DNA of 64,000 nucleotides from Dehalococcoidia bacterium (GCA_045564835.1 JBJLGN010000030.1:37545-101544), one strand, 5' to 3'. Shown: positions 20,135-30,209, counted from the stretch's first letter. Made by a program: numbers and translations. The notes: generated from the letters alone by a model not told the origin.

Positions 20135-20914
20135 ATGATGCTAGACAAATTTGAAAAAATATTTATAGAAACTAATAATGAATGGGGATATATTATTTTA
20201 CCCAATGATGTTGATGAAAATATTCCTTTAGTTTTACATTTTCATGGGAACGGAGGATATGTTAATGAACAAGGATCTGATTGGATAGATGAACCTCGAA
20301 AACAAAAATTTTTCCTCCCAGTATTGGAATCTGGTTTTGCTATAGCTGGTTGTCATGCAACCGGGAACCATTGGGGAAGACAATCAGCACTAGATGCGAA
20401 TTATAAATTTTTTGAAGAATTAAAAAATATTGAAAAATTAAACTTAAACGGAATAACTACCTGGGGTTGTGGTCTTGGTGCGTCAGCAGCTTGGCTATCT
20501 ACTATAAATGAATTGAATGATCATGTTAGCAATTTTATTTCACAACAAGGAGTATTGAATTATGAAAGTATTATCAAGCATGAGAAATTTAAAGATGATT
20601 TAGTTGAATCTCATGGATTTGATGTAAATATATCAGTAAATGATGCGATAGATATTTTTCAAAAAATTAATCCCATTAATATTACTGAAAATGCTGTAAA
20701 AAATAAAAATACAAAGATACCCAATAGTTTATTTATTCACGGAGACTCGGACGAAAATGTTGATTTTCAAGAAAATCCAATTATGTTACATCAAATATTG
20801 GATAATAATGGATTTAATTCGGAAATACATGCACTGAGCGGAGTAGGGCACGCAACTTACGAACACGGAGAGGCTTTAGGAATTTTAATAGCTAATTTTA
20901 TTTCTAAATCTTGA
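20135..20914 (+). CDS. Alpha/beta hydrolase-fold protein
   Basis: LVLHFHGNG, HGDSDENV, GVGH; nucleophile elbow reads GCGLG. Confidence 0.7.
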   Translation: MMLDKFEKIFIETNNEWGYIILPNDVDENIPLVLHFHGNGGYVNEQGSDWIDEPRKQKFFLPVLESGFAIAGCHATGNHWGRQSALDANYKFFEELKNIEKLNLNGITTWGCGLGASAAWLSTINELNDHVSNFISQQGVLNYESIIKHEKFKDDLVESHGFDVNISVNDAIDIFQKINPINITENAVKNKNTKIPNSLFIHGDSDENVDFQENPIMLHQILDNNGFNSEIHALSGVGHATYEHGEALGILIANFISKS

Positions 20915-20916
20915 GT

Positions 20917-21591
20917 TTACCAAGATATACTGTCGCCCTTATAATCAATAAAAGTTCCAGAATTATCCTGATTAGCATCTGATATAACATTAATTATCCC
21001 TTTTGCAGAGACTTGCGCAGATATATCAGCATTTTCACCACCCATATCAGTTTGCACCCATCCTGGATGAATAAGAAGGATTATTGATTTTTGTTTTTTA
21101 AATTCCATGTGTAAATTTCTTCCTGCCATGTTAACTGCTGCTTTGCTGATCCTATAAGACAAATCTCCTGACATGGTCTTTTTTATTGATCCCATACCTG
21201 AGGTGATAATAGCAATTTTTGATTTTTCCAGAATTGATTTCAATGATTTTATTAGAATAGTTGGACCTATAGCATTAGTATTAATTGTATCTAACATTAC
21301 TTTCTGGTTAGGGACTTCAATTCTTCCTTTTTCGCCACGAGATCCGGCATTATTTATAAATATGTCTATTTTTGATTTGGTTTTTTTGATAATTGAATCA
21401 CAAAATTCTTCAATTGAATTACTGTCTGAAATATCTAAAGGCAAAATATTTTCTAATCCTATTTCTTCTTGCAATGAAATTGATGACAACGGATTTCTGG
21501 ATGTTCCGATTACATTGAAGTTTAAGTTTTTATACTCTTTTGCTAATTCTAATCCTATTCCTCTGTTTGCTCCGATTATTACTACATTCAT
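20917..21591 (-). CDS. Short-chain dehydrogenase (C-factor/CsgA-like)
   Basis: GANRGIG, INNAG, YRISK, HPGWVQTDMGG. Confidence 0.9.
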   Translation of the reverse strand: MNVVIIGANRGIGLELAKEYKNLNFNVIGTSRNPLSSISLQEEIGLENILPLDISDSNSIEEFCDSIIKKTKSKIDIFINNAGSRGEKGRIEVPNQKVMLDTINTNAIGPTILIKSLKSILEKSKIAIITSGMGSIKKTMSGDLSYRISKAAVNMAGRNLHMEFKKQKSIILLIHPGWVQTDMGGENADISAQVSAKGIINVISDANQDNSGTFIDYKGDSISW

Positions 21592-21636
21592 AATTATTGT
21601 TATAATTTAAATAATTAATATTATATATAAATTTGT

Positions 21637-22068
21637 ATGAAAAATAAAAAAACAATATTATTTGTGTGTACAGGAAACAGCTGTCGTTCTCAAATGGCTG
21701 AAGGATTAATGAGGAAATATATTAAAAAAGATTTTTGTGTTATAAGTGCAGGATTAAAACCTTCCAAAGTGAATCCACAAGCAATTAAAGCAATGAATGA
21801 AATCAATATTGACATTTCAGATCAAAAATCAAATCATGTAGAAGAATACCTCAACCAAACCCATGAATATGTTATCACAGTGTGTGATAGAGCTAAGGAA
21901 TCTTGTCCTGCTGGCTTAGTGGGTAATAAAAATATCCACTGGAGTATTTCAGATCCATACGTTGATGGGAAAGATAACGATCTATATCTTCCTAGATACA
22001 GATCAGCCAGAGATTTGTTATATGATAAAATTTTAATTTTAGTAAAAGAAATAAATGATGGAGAATAA
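21637..22068 (+). CDS. arsC: Arsenate reductase (thioredoxin/LMW-PTP type)
   Basis: CTGNSCRSQMAE, TVCD..ESCP, HW..DP. Confidence 0.85.
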   Translation: MKNKKTILFVCTGNSCRSQMAEGLMRKYIKKDFCVISAGLKPSKVNPQAIKAMNEINIDISDQKSNHVEEYLNQTHEYVITVCDRAKESCPAGLVGNKNIHWSISDPYVDGKDNDLYLPRYRSARDLLYDKILILVKEINDGE

Positions 22069-22070
22069 GT

Positions 22071-23075
22071 ATGCCAGATTTACATGATGAAGAATTACAT
22101 CCAAGTTATATAGGACTTCCTACATATTTAGGTTCTCCTTTTGCAGTTGATTCTAAAGAACTAAAATCAATGAAGCCTGATATTGCTATACTAGGCGCTC
22201 CCGTAGATATGGGAGTTGGTAACAGGCCTGGTGCGAGATTTGGCCCTAGAGCTATAAGACAGGCGGATTATTGGCCTAAACCCGGAAAGGCTGCCAATCT
22301 ATATCACTTAAATCTTGAAGTATCTCCTTTAGCTGAATTAAATGTTGTTGATTTTGGTGATGCAAACTGTCCCCCAATGTCACTAGAAAAATCTCACGAA
22401 GCTGTTGAGAAAAAAGTAACTCAGGCTTTAGATGCAGGAGCTGTTCCAATAGTACTGGGAGGGGACCATTCAATAACTTGGCCGAGTGCTACTGCTGTAG
22501 CTAAAAAATATGGATATGGCAAAGTTGGAATGGTTCATTTTGATGCCCATGCAGATACCAGAGATGCATCTTATGGTGATGTACTTGCTGGTCACGGTAG
22601 TCCTATGAGAAGATTAATTGAAAGTGGCGCAATTCCAGGAAAGAATTTTATACAAATAGGATTAAGAGGCCCTTGGCCAGGCCCGGTAGATTTAAAATGG
22701 ATGAAAGAACAAGGAATGAGATGGCATTTGATGGCTGAAATTGAAGAAAAAGGTTTTGATTCAGTATTAGAAATGGCTGTTAAAGAAGCATTAGATGGCC
22801 CTGACAAACTTTATATTTCTGTTGATGTTGATGTTATGGATCCTGCCTATGCACCAGGAACTGGGACTCCTGAACCAGGAGGAATTTCTTCTTTAGAACT
22901 ATTAAGAGCTATAAGAAATATTGTATTAAGTAAAGGAATGGTTGGAATGGATGTAGTTGAAGTCTCTCCTGTATACGATCAACCAGGAGATATAACAGCA
23001 CAAGCAGCTCATAGATGTGTGTATGAAGCTATAAGTGCTTTAGCTAAAATTAAAAGTATGAAAAATGAAATTTGA
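22071..23075 (+). CDS. speB: Agmatinase/ureohydrolase family
   Basis: GARFGP, GGDH, DAHAD, SVDVDVMDP..APGTGTPEPGG. Confidence 0.85.
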   Translation: MPDLHDEELHPSYIGLPTYLGSPFAVDSKELKSMKPDIAILGAPVDMGVGNRPGARFGPRAIRQADYWPKPGKAANLYHLNLEVSPLAELNVVDFGDANCPPMSLEKSHEAVEKKVTQALDAGAVPIVLGGDHSITWPSATAVAKKYGYGKVGMVHFDAHADTRDASYGDVLAGHGSPMRRLIESGAIPGKNFIQIGLRGPWPGPVDLKWMKEQGMRWHLMAEIEEKGFDSVLEMAVKEALDGPDKLYISVDVDVMDPAYAPGTGTPEPGGISSLELLRAIRNIVLSKGMVGMDVVEVSPVYDQPGDITAQAAHRCVYEAISALAKIKSMKNEI

Positions 23076-24309
23076 TAAACAAATAAAATCTGTATACAAA
23101 TTGATTGATGATGATTATTTGATTAAATTGATTTGTGAATTTTCGAGCATTAAAAGTGTATGGGATCCAGATAATAATTATAGTGAGTTTGAAGCTGCAA
23201 AATGGTTTGATAATCAAGCTAAAATATTTGGTTTTGATCCTGATTTTTATATTGTTACTGATAATAGACCAAATGTTATTATCGAAATGAATTCTTCTAC
23301 CAATTCAAATGATCACAAAACTCTTTTACTTGAAGGCCACACTGATGTCGTCACCGAAGGAGATATTTCCTTATGGTCTTCTGATCCATTTAACCCTGTG
23401 ATAAAAGATGGAAGAATTATAGGACGAGGTGTTAATGATATGAAATCAGGATTATTATGCGCATTGTATGCAATGTATTTAATTAGCAAATCAAACATTA
23501 AACTTAATGGAAATATTATTTGTGCAGCCTTATGTGATGAAGAAGGAGCTATGATAGGAGTTAAGGATTTTGTTCAGACATCTTATGCTAAAAATTTAAC
23601 TTCTGCGATAGTTTGTGAACCTGAAGAAAACCGAATATGTATAGAACAAAAAGGTGTCGCTTGGGTTAAAGTTAAACTTGTTGGTAAAATGTCACACGGT
23701 GCTATGCCTTATTCAGGTATTAATACTTCTTACCCCATGGGAATGATGTTAACTGAATTAGAAAAATTAAATGATAAATATAAAGAATTTTCTTCAGACT
23801 ATTTGGGAACACCCTCTGTTACTCCAACTATTGTTCAATCACCATCAATAGAAGGCGGAGTCCCTCAAAATAATGTTATGCCTGGTGATTCAGAATTAGT
23901 TTTGGATATCAGATTAACTCCAGAAATTGATTATGTTAATTTTAAAAAATCACTTGATTTTATTATTAGTGAAATAAAAGCAAAGTATAAAATTAATATA
24001 GATATTGAACTTATTGAAACTCGTCCTCCTGTAAAAGTTAATGAAAATAGTGATATTGTTCGAATATTGAAAAACTCTTATAAATACGTAACAGGAAAAT
24101 CTGCTGTTTTGGGAGGAGTTCCGGGATCTACTGATGGTACTATAATTTCTGAAAAATTAAATATACCTGTTGTAGTCTGTGGCCCTGGATCAATAACTGC
24201 TCCTCATCAAATAGATGAATTTATTGATATATTTGAAATAAAGGAAAGTATCCGAATATATATTGCTGCAATTATAAATTATTTAGGAATTTTAAACTTT
24301 GATGAGTAA
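23065..24309 (+). CDS. M20 peptidase, ArgE/DapE-like
   Basis: EGHTDVV, GRGVNDMK, DEE, EP, GSTDG, PHQIDE. Confidence 0.88.
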   Translation: MKFDKQIKSVYKLIDDDYLIKLICEFSSIKSVWDPDNNYSEFEAAKWFDNQAKIFGFDPDFYIVTDNRPNVIIEMNSSTNSNDHKTLLLEGHTDVVTEGDISLWSSDPFNPVIKDGRIIGRGVNDMKSGLLCALYAMYLISKSNIKLNGNIICAALCDEEGAMIGVKDFVQTSYAKNLTSAIVCEPEENRICIEQKGVAWVKVKLVGKMSHGAMPYSGINTSYPMGMMLTELEKLNDKYKEFSSDYLGTPSVTPTIVQSPSIEGGVPQNNVMPGDSELVLDIRLTPEIDYVNFKKSLDFIISEIKAKYKINIDIELIETRPPVKVNENSDIVRILKNSYKYVTGKSAVLGGVPGSTDGTIISEKLNIPVVVCGPGSITAPHQIDEFIDIFEIKESIRIYIAAIINYLGILNFDE

Positions 24310-24607
24310 ATTATTGATTTTTGTATTAATATTTGTTTTGTTAATTTCATGTTCTTCTAGTGAAACTAACGAGTTGTATCCCAAGGAAGTCACAAGTGAA
24401 ATGTACAGCTTATGTTTACAAACTTTTAGATATGGTTATTGTAAATGCTATGTCGATAATTGGCAAAAAAAGATATCCTACGATGAATATATTGTGCTTA
24501 AACCTCAAATAGATTCTGGGAATATAATTGATGAAGAAATTAATCTTTTGTTAGAAAATTTACATAAAGATTGTGGTAGATTGCCTACTTCTTCTGAGGG
24601 TTTTTAG
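24302..24607 (+). CDS. Small lipoprotein
   Basis: Lipobox LISC; additional Cys including YCKC. Confidence 0.65.
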   Translation: MSKLLIFVLIFVLLISCSSSETNELYPKEVTSEMYSLCLQTFRYGYCKCYVDNWQKKISYDEYIVLKPQIDSGNIIDEEINLLLENLHKDCGRLPTSSEGF

Positions 24608-24617
24608 TACAAATTCC

Positions 24618-25145
24618 ATGTTAAATTTTAACCTAGAAGAATTAATTGTTATCTTAATAAGAATAATAGGCTCATTACCTGTTATATTCTTTCCATTTAT
24701 TGGCTCCATATTTGCAATTGTTATTGACCTTTCTGATTTATTTATAATTAATTATATTAATTTAGGAGGAGTTCAAGATTACCAAAAATTAGATAAATTT
24801 TTAGATCTTTTTTATATGGCAGCATTTTTATTTGTATCATTAAAATGGAATAAGACAGAAAAAATTATTTCTATTACTTTGTTCTCATATAGAATTATTG
24901 GAGTATTATTATTTTTATTATTCGATTTAAGAATTCTTCTTTTGTATTTTCCTAATGTATTTGAATTTTGGTTCGTTGGTATTTCTGCATATAAATTTTA
25001 TTTTAAGTCTAAAACTTCTAATTTAACTTTAGCTAAAATATTATCATTATCTGCAATTCTTAAAATTTCACACGAAATATTTATCCATAAAATTAAAATT
25101 CTTGATAATTATTCAGTAGACGAATTTATTAACCTTTTTATTTAA
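24618..25145 (+). CDS. Hypothetical membrane protein
   Basis: Hydrophobic; YQKLDKFLD and FPNVFE motifs; start re-assigned to ATG 24618. Confidence 0.65.
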   Translation: MLNFNLEELIVILIRIIGSLPVIFFPFIGSIFAIVIDLSDLFIINYINLGGVQDYQKLDKFLDLFYMAAFLFVSLKWNKTEKIISITLFSYRIIGVLLFLLFDLRILLLYFPNVFEFWFVGISAYKFYFKSKTSNLTLAKILSLSAILKISHEIFIHKIKILDNYSVDEFINLFI

Positions 25146-25154
25146 GGACATATA

Positions 25155-25436
25155 ATGAAAAATTTAGCTTCATCTGAGATTTTGATTGATAACAATAGAA
25201 TAAGAGTAATTAAATGGCACTTTCGTTCTAATGAAACAACTGCCAAACATGAACATGAGTATGACTATGTAGTTGTTCCAACTAAAACAGGAACTTTATC
25301 TATAATTGATGATAATGACATATCTAACTTTGATTTGAAATTAAACCAACCATATTATAGAAATAAAGGTATAGTTCATGAAATCTTTTACGAGGGAAAT
25401 GATTACATGGAATTTATTGAAATTGAAATTAAATAA
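25155..25436 (+). CDS. Small cupin protein
   Basis: HEHEYDYVVVP, GIVH, FIEIEIK. Confidence 0.8.
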   Translation: MKNLASSEILIDNNRIRVIKWHFRSNETTAKHEHEYDYVVVPTKTGTLSIIDDNDISNFDLKLNQPYYRNKGIVHEIFYEGNDYMEFIEIEIK

Positions 25437-25505
25437 TACCTTTCATTATATTTCTTAGCCTATATAATTAATTCTAAGCTATGAATTTAATTCAAAGGTA
25501 GAATT

Positions 25506-26573
25506 ATGAGAGCAAGAGACTTAATCACTTTTAAAGGCACCCCAGGTAAATTTAACTCTATCACCGATATTGATGATGTTGAAGTTGGCCATTCTACAGT
25601 AATTAGTGGTGACGGTAAACTTATTGTCGGTGAAGGTCCTGTTAGAACTGGTGTAACTGTTATATTTCCTAGGGGCAAATCTAATTCTCATCTCCCAGTG
25701 TTTGCTGCACATGATGTTTTAAATGGAAATGGAGAAATGACAGGTACTATTTGGGTAGAAGAATCAGGTTTTTTAGAGACCCCTATTGCTATAACTAATA
25801 CACATAGTGTTGGCATCGTTAGAGATACATTAATTAAATGGATTACGAATAATTCCAAATTCAAAGATTCAAAATTCAGCCTTCCTTTAATTGCTGAAAC
25901 CTATGATGGAGTGTTGAATGATATCAATGGCCATCATGTTAAAGAAAAACATCTTTTTGAAGCCATTTCTAATTCTAATCAATCCTCAATTCTTGAAGGT
26001 AACGTTGGAGGTGGAACAGGAATGATTTGCCATCAATTCAAAGGAGGCATAGGCACTTCATCAAGAGAAGTAGTATTGAATAACTCTTCATATTTAGTTG
26101 GAACTTTGGTTCAGGCAAATTATGGTAGAAGAGAAGATTTAACTATTAATGGAATTAATGTAGGTGAGCAATTAATTGATCAATTACCTGAAGTTAATAC
26201 TGATTATATTGCTGGAGATGGCTCAATTATTGTAATTGTTGCAACAAATGCTCCACTTTTACCAACCCAATTAAAAAGATTAGCAAAAAGAGCTAGTTTA
26301 GGAATTGGCAGAGTAGGTGGAATAGGATCTAATGGTTCTGGTGACATATTTCTTGCATTTTCAACTTCAAATTTGAATTCTTTTGATAGAAAAGAAATAA
26401 CTAACGTTCAAATGATTAGTAATGAGACAATTGATCCACTATTACGAGGAGTTGTTGAAAGTACAGAAGAATCTATTATTAATGCTTTGTTTGCTGCTAA
26501 TACTATGTCGGGAATTAATAATAATACCGTATATGAATTACCTATTAACAAATTAAAAGAGATAGTAAATTAA
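25506..26573 (+). CDS. DmpA/P1 (S58) L-aminopeptidase/D-esterase
   Basis: NSITD, RTGVT, NGNGEMTG, EGNVGGGTGM, GSII autocleavage site, SGDIFLAFST. Confidence 0.92.
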   Translation: MRARDLITFKGTPGKFNSITDIDDVEVGHSTVISGDGKLIVGEGPVRTGVTVIFPRGKSNSHLPVFAAHDVLNGNGEMTGTIWVEESGFLETPIAITNTHSVGIVRDTLIKWITNNSKFKDSKFSLPLIAETYDGVLNDINGHHVKEKHLFEAISNSNQSSILEGNVGGGTGMICHQFKGGIGTSSREVVLNNSSYLVGTLVQANYGRREDLTINGINVGEQLIDQLPEVNTDYIAGDGSIIVIVATNAPLLPTQLKRLAKRASLGIGRVGGIGSNGSGDIFLAFSTSNLNSFDRKEITNVQMISNETIDPLLRGVVESTEESIINALFAANTMSGINNNTVYELPINKLKEIVN

Positions 26574-26917
26574 TTATTTCTTTTTTTCAGCCCTATCATT
26601 TCTAAAAATGATTTTTTAGGCTTAGGTAGAGCGAGTGTTTGTTCTCTTACTATTGATATTAATTCACCAACTTGAAACTCTTTATTTTTAATTTCTTTTT
26701 TTAAATTCGTATTTTCTTTTAAAAGATTATCATACTCAATGTTTGATGTTGATCTATAGTAATTTAGTGCAGTTGGTTTTATTTCAACGTATCTTTTTTT
26801 TCCAATTATTTTAGATTTAAATTTTGTTCCACTTTTATCGCTATTCATTAAATCTTCAACAGATTTTAATGACATTCCCAGAACATCTGAAGTTTCTTTT
26901 ATCGTCAACAAAGCCAT
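26570..26917 (-). CDS. Excisionase/MerR-like HTH plus coiled-coil protein
   Basis: LTIKETSDVLGMS HTH, coiled coil, LPKPKKSFLEMIG tail. Confidence 0.6.
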   Translation of the reverse strand: MALLTIKETSDVLGMSLKSVEDLMNSDKSGTKFKSKIIGKKRYVEIKPTALNYYRSTSNIEYDNLLKENTNLKKEIKNKEFQVGELISIVREQTLALPKPKKSFLEMIGLKKRNN

Positions 26918-26999
26918 AATTTTACCCAAACAATTTTATGAAATAAAAATAAAACTAACATACTACTTTTATTTTTATAATCTGTTACCAGGTCATTTT

Positions 27000-27368
27000 T
27001 TATAATACTTTATTTGATATTAACCCTATGTATGCAAATAATAAACATAAAGTAAAACTTAACAAAATATTTGTTACAGCTCTTACATAATTCCCATCTT
27101 GAATTAATATTACGGAAGCATAGCTAAATGTAGAAAATGTTGTGAATGATCCTAATAAACCTATTGGTAAAAACAATTTCATCTCATTCATTATTATATT
27201 TTTTTCATTTATATATCCATATAACAATCCTATTAAAAATGAACCAATTATGTTTACAAGTAATGTCCCAATCATTTCATGATAGTATTTACTTACAAGC
27301 AAACCTAATATATACCTCAAATTTGCTCCTACAAATCCACCTAAGCCCACATATATAATATTTATCAT
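27000..27368 (-). CDS. crcB: Fluoride efflux channel CrcB/FluC
   Basis: GGFVGANLRY, GTLLVNIIGSF, GLLGSFTTFSTF. Confidence 0.93.
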   Translation of the reverse strand: MINIIYVGLGGFVGANLRYILGLLVSKYYHEMIGTLLVNIIGSFLIGLLYGYINEKNIIMNEMKLFLPIGLLGSFTTFSTFSYASVILIQDGNYVRAVTNILLSFTLCLLFAYIGLISNKVL

Positions 27369-27377
27369 AGGATTAAC

Positions 27378-27539
27378 TCAACTTTTATTGTTTTTGTTTA
27401 GTTCTGGATACAGTTCGAATAATAATGTAGTTAAGTAATCATTATTTTCTTTTTCAGTATCAATTTCTTTAGATACTTTGCTTTCATCCACAACAAATCC
27501 TAATAACGATTTATTGTTTTCATGTTTATTTTCATCCAT
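27378..27539 (-). CDS. Small acidic protein (53 aa), not in ORF track
   Basis: AGGAG RBS overlapping the upstream TAA; MDENKHENNKSLLGFVVDESKVSKEIDTEKENNDYLTTLLFELYPELNKNNKS*. Confidence 0.6.
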   Translation of the reverse strand: MDENKHENNKSLLGFVVDESKVSKEIDTEKENNDYLTTLLFELYPELNKNNKS

Positions 27540-27549
27540 ATAATTCTCC

Positions 27550-28329
27550 TTATGGTAGCAAAAATAATTTTAATAAAATTAATGTCAGTGGCGTTTTCTT
27601 ATACCTACTAACTGATAAATTTTTGTTATTTTGATCCAGGTCAGGAAGCCTGGATTCTATTTCGAGTAATAACCCGTATTTACTATTTAAAAAATTATTA
27701 ATTTCTTCGGTAGAGCCACTGATTTTTAAGTTTGAGATATAAATATGCTTCTCAAATTCACTGCTTATTTTTTTTTCTGATTCGATTTGTAAAAAATCAT
27801 CATCTGAAAAATCAGATATATCAAATAATCCTATTAACTCAAATCTCAGATCGGGAACAATATGATTTATTCTTCTCTTGTATTTCTTTCTGTCAATATT
27901 TACATCAAAAGGCTTTTCTGAATTTATAATATTTTTAATTTCTTTAAACTTTGCTACTCCAGTTAAATCTGACAACAAACCAAAACCTGAAATTGCTGCA
28001 AGCCATGGTTCGGAAATTTTTGTTATAGATTTGTAACAACTTTCTATATTATTTAAAAATGAAACAGTTAAAGGTAAATTATTTTTGTACCCCATAGAAA
28101 TACAAAACATAATCTGAGCAACTACATCTTTTGAAAATAAATAATTTAATTTATTGAAATCAAATTCTATTTCCTTTGTTTTTTCAATTTTCAAATTTGG
28201 CAAACTTGTATCAGAAAACCATCTTCTAACTGTTCTTTCCCCACATCCCAGTTGAGTAGCAATTTCTTTTTGTGTAAATCCTTGATTACGGAGATCTACA
28301 GCTTTTGATATTGTATTAGTGTCGTACAT
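27550..28329 (-). CDS. N-terminal HTH DNA-binding protein with unknown C-terminal domain
   Basis: GFTQKEIATQLGCGERTVRRWF. Confidence 0.7.
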   Translation of the reverse strand: MYDTNTISKAVDLRNQGFTQKEIATQLGCGERTVRRWFSDTSLPNLKIEKTKEIEFDFNKLNYLFSKDVVAQIMFCISMGYKNNLPLTVSFLNNIESCYKSITKISEPWLAAISGFGLLSDLTGVAKFKEIKNIINSEKPFDVNIDRKKYKRRINHIVPDLRFELIGLFDISDFSDDDFLQIESEKKISSEFEKHIYISNLKISGSTEEINNFLNSKYGLLLEIESRLPDLDQNNKNLSVSRYKKTPLTLILLKLFLLP

Positions 28330-28530
28330 TGGCCTAATATATTTATTATATGGCCTATTTAATCAAAATAAATGGCCGTTGTCAAGTTATAAAAAATACA
28401 CTGTATGCAATGTTTTAGTTTTATATATAAGTAAGAGAGAATGTAAGGGTAATGTAAAAAAATTTAAGAATATAATGATTGTATTATTTTTTTTATTTAA
28501 GCGGCCATTGTATTTTTAATAACGGCCATA
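28330..28530. repeat. Phased GGCC-core repeats in two inverted clusters
   Basis: GGCC at 28331, 28352, 28374, 28503 and 28524; AATGGCCGTT versus AACGGCCATA inverted. Confidence 0.65.
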
Positions 28531-28866
28531 TTATGCATTTTTATTCCCATGTCGATATTCACGTGTTTCGTTGTACTTTAATTTTGATTCTAAAGCTTCA
28601 TTGAGATCTAATCCATATTTACCAGACAGATCAAAAATTCTTATTAAAGCATCTGCTAATTCAACAACAAAACCTTCAGGCTTCTTTTTTTCATATCTCA
28701 TATCTAAATTTTCATTTACTCTATATTCTTCAAGCGCTTCACTTAATTCACTATGTATAAGTGCTATTAATTCGGGGATTTTTCTTTCTTTATCCCACCA
28801 TCCTTTAGTAATAGCTATATTATGAGATTTTTCTATTAATGTATTTATATCCATTTTTTTCTCCAT
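28531..28866 (-). CDS. MazG-like NTP pyrophosphohydrolase
   Basis: LIHSELSEALEEYR, ELADALIRIFD, KLKYN..R. Confidence 0.8.
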   Translation of the reverse strand: MEKKMDINTLIEKSHNIAITKGWWDKERKIPELIALIHSELSEALEEYRVNENLDMRYEKKKPEGFVVELADALIRIFDLSGKYGLDLNEALESKLKYNETREYRHGNKNA

Positions 28867-30102
28867 TTAATCTACATTCCTTATTTTTTCTTGCGTAAAT
28901 AAAAATATAACACTAAAAATTAAAAGAATAATTGATAAAATCATTATAGTTCTTGGAGCACCAATTACATCAGCTAATATTCCTGATGGCAATGCTCCTA
29001 ATGGAATTAATCCCCAGTTAAGCATGTATATACTCATAACTCGTCCTCTTAAGTCTGGCCGCGATTTTTCCATAACTATACTCATTGAAAGTGTTCTTCT
29101 TATTGAATCAGAAGCACCTAGGAAAACCATGAATATCATAGATAAATAATAAGATTCTATTAGTGATAATGCAAATAATGATAATGATGTCAAAAATCCT
29201 CCAAAAATATATAACAACCCTCTTTTATTAGCATCATTTCCTGCAATAAAAATGGAAGTGATTACAGAACCTAATCCCATTAATGTTGTTAAAATTCCCA
29301 TAGCTTGTGGACCTTGTAAGTATATATCTTTAACAAAAATTGGTAATAAAAATCGAAATGGTTCAGCAAACAAGCTATATATCAAAGAAGTCATGAGAAT
29401 TGAAAATAGTAATCTCTCTTTATACATGTATACTATTCCAATTTTAATTTCAGATAAAATTTTATTTTTTTTATTGTTATTACTTTCGCTAACTTCTTGT
29501 TTAAATCTCATTTCGTTCGTTATTAAGAAAGTAAACATAACCCCTACAAGGGCTAGACATCCAATAGTTATATAAACTACACCCGGTCCAAACAATCCAT
29601 ATACAATCCCAGCTATAGAGGGTGCTATTAGATTAGAAACATTAAATCCAGCTGAATTTAATGCAATTGACTTACTTAAATGCTTACCTGGTACCAATTC
29701 AGCTATAAATGAATGCCTTGAGGGAACCATAAAAGCCCATATTCCTCCCTGTACAAATGAAACCATTAATAAATGTGTCCAATCTATAAGCCCAGATAGA
29801 ATCAGGGTTGCTATTATAAATGCCATTAAACTTGCTCCTATTTGAGCGACTTCTATTATTCTTTGCTTGTCTAATCTATCTGATAATGCACCACCAAAAA
29901 GAGACAAGGTCAGCATAGGAAAAGCAAATGCTACGTTCACGTAAGTGAGCTTTGATGCAGAATTAGTTAGATCATACGCAAGATAACCTCTAGCGGTCAT
30001 TTGCATCATTGTAGCTATCCCTACAGTTACCATACCTAGCCATAAATATAGATAACCTTTGAAATATAAGGGCTTAATAGAATTAGATAAAAAATTGAAC
30101 AT
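28867..30102 (-). CDS. MFS transporter (DHA3-like)
   Basis: GGALSDR, LNS..FN, RGRVMS. Confidence 0.85.
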   Translation of the reverse strand: MFNFLSNSIKPLYFKGYLYLWLGMVTVGIATMMQMTARGYLAYDLTNSASKLTYVNVAFAFPMLTLSLFGGALSDRLDKQRIIEVAQIGASLMAFIIATLILSGLIDWTHLLMVSFVQGGIWAFMVPSRHSFIAELVPGKHLSKSIALNSAGFNVSNLIAPSIAGIVYGLFGPGVVYITIGCLALVGVMFTFLITNEMRFKQEVSESNNNKKNKILSEIKIGIVYMYKERLLFSILMTSLIYSLFAEPFRFLLPIFVKDIYLQGPQAMGILTTLMGLGSVITSIFIAGNDANKRGLLYIFGGFLTSLSLFALSLIESYYLSMIFMVFLGASDSIRRTLSMSIVMEKSRPDLRGRVMSIYMLNWGLIPLGALPSGILADVIGAPRTIMILSIILLIFSVIFLFTQEKIRNVD

Positions 30103-30209
30103 TATTGAAGATTAGACTAGTTATTTCAAAATTAATAGTGAATTTTAAACATTAATAGAAAAATATCAAATAAAACAATATAATGAAATAATATTTATAA
30201 GAGGAAAAT

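Noticed and set aside
21173-21610. 145-aa antisense ORF and the other short track ORFs overlapping real genes
   Set aside because: Antisense or alternate-frame shadows of well-supported genes
27369-27550. Fluoride riboswitch upstream of crcB, or Sec read-through into crcB
   Set aside because: No GGCGAUG/GCUGAUGAC-type core; the region is a small ORF whose TGA has no redox motif context or evident SECIS
28319-28519. 66-aa ORF across the repeat spacer
   Set aside because: Non-ATG start, no RBS, low-complexity product, overlaps the HTH start and the repeat array
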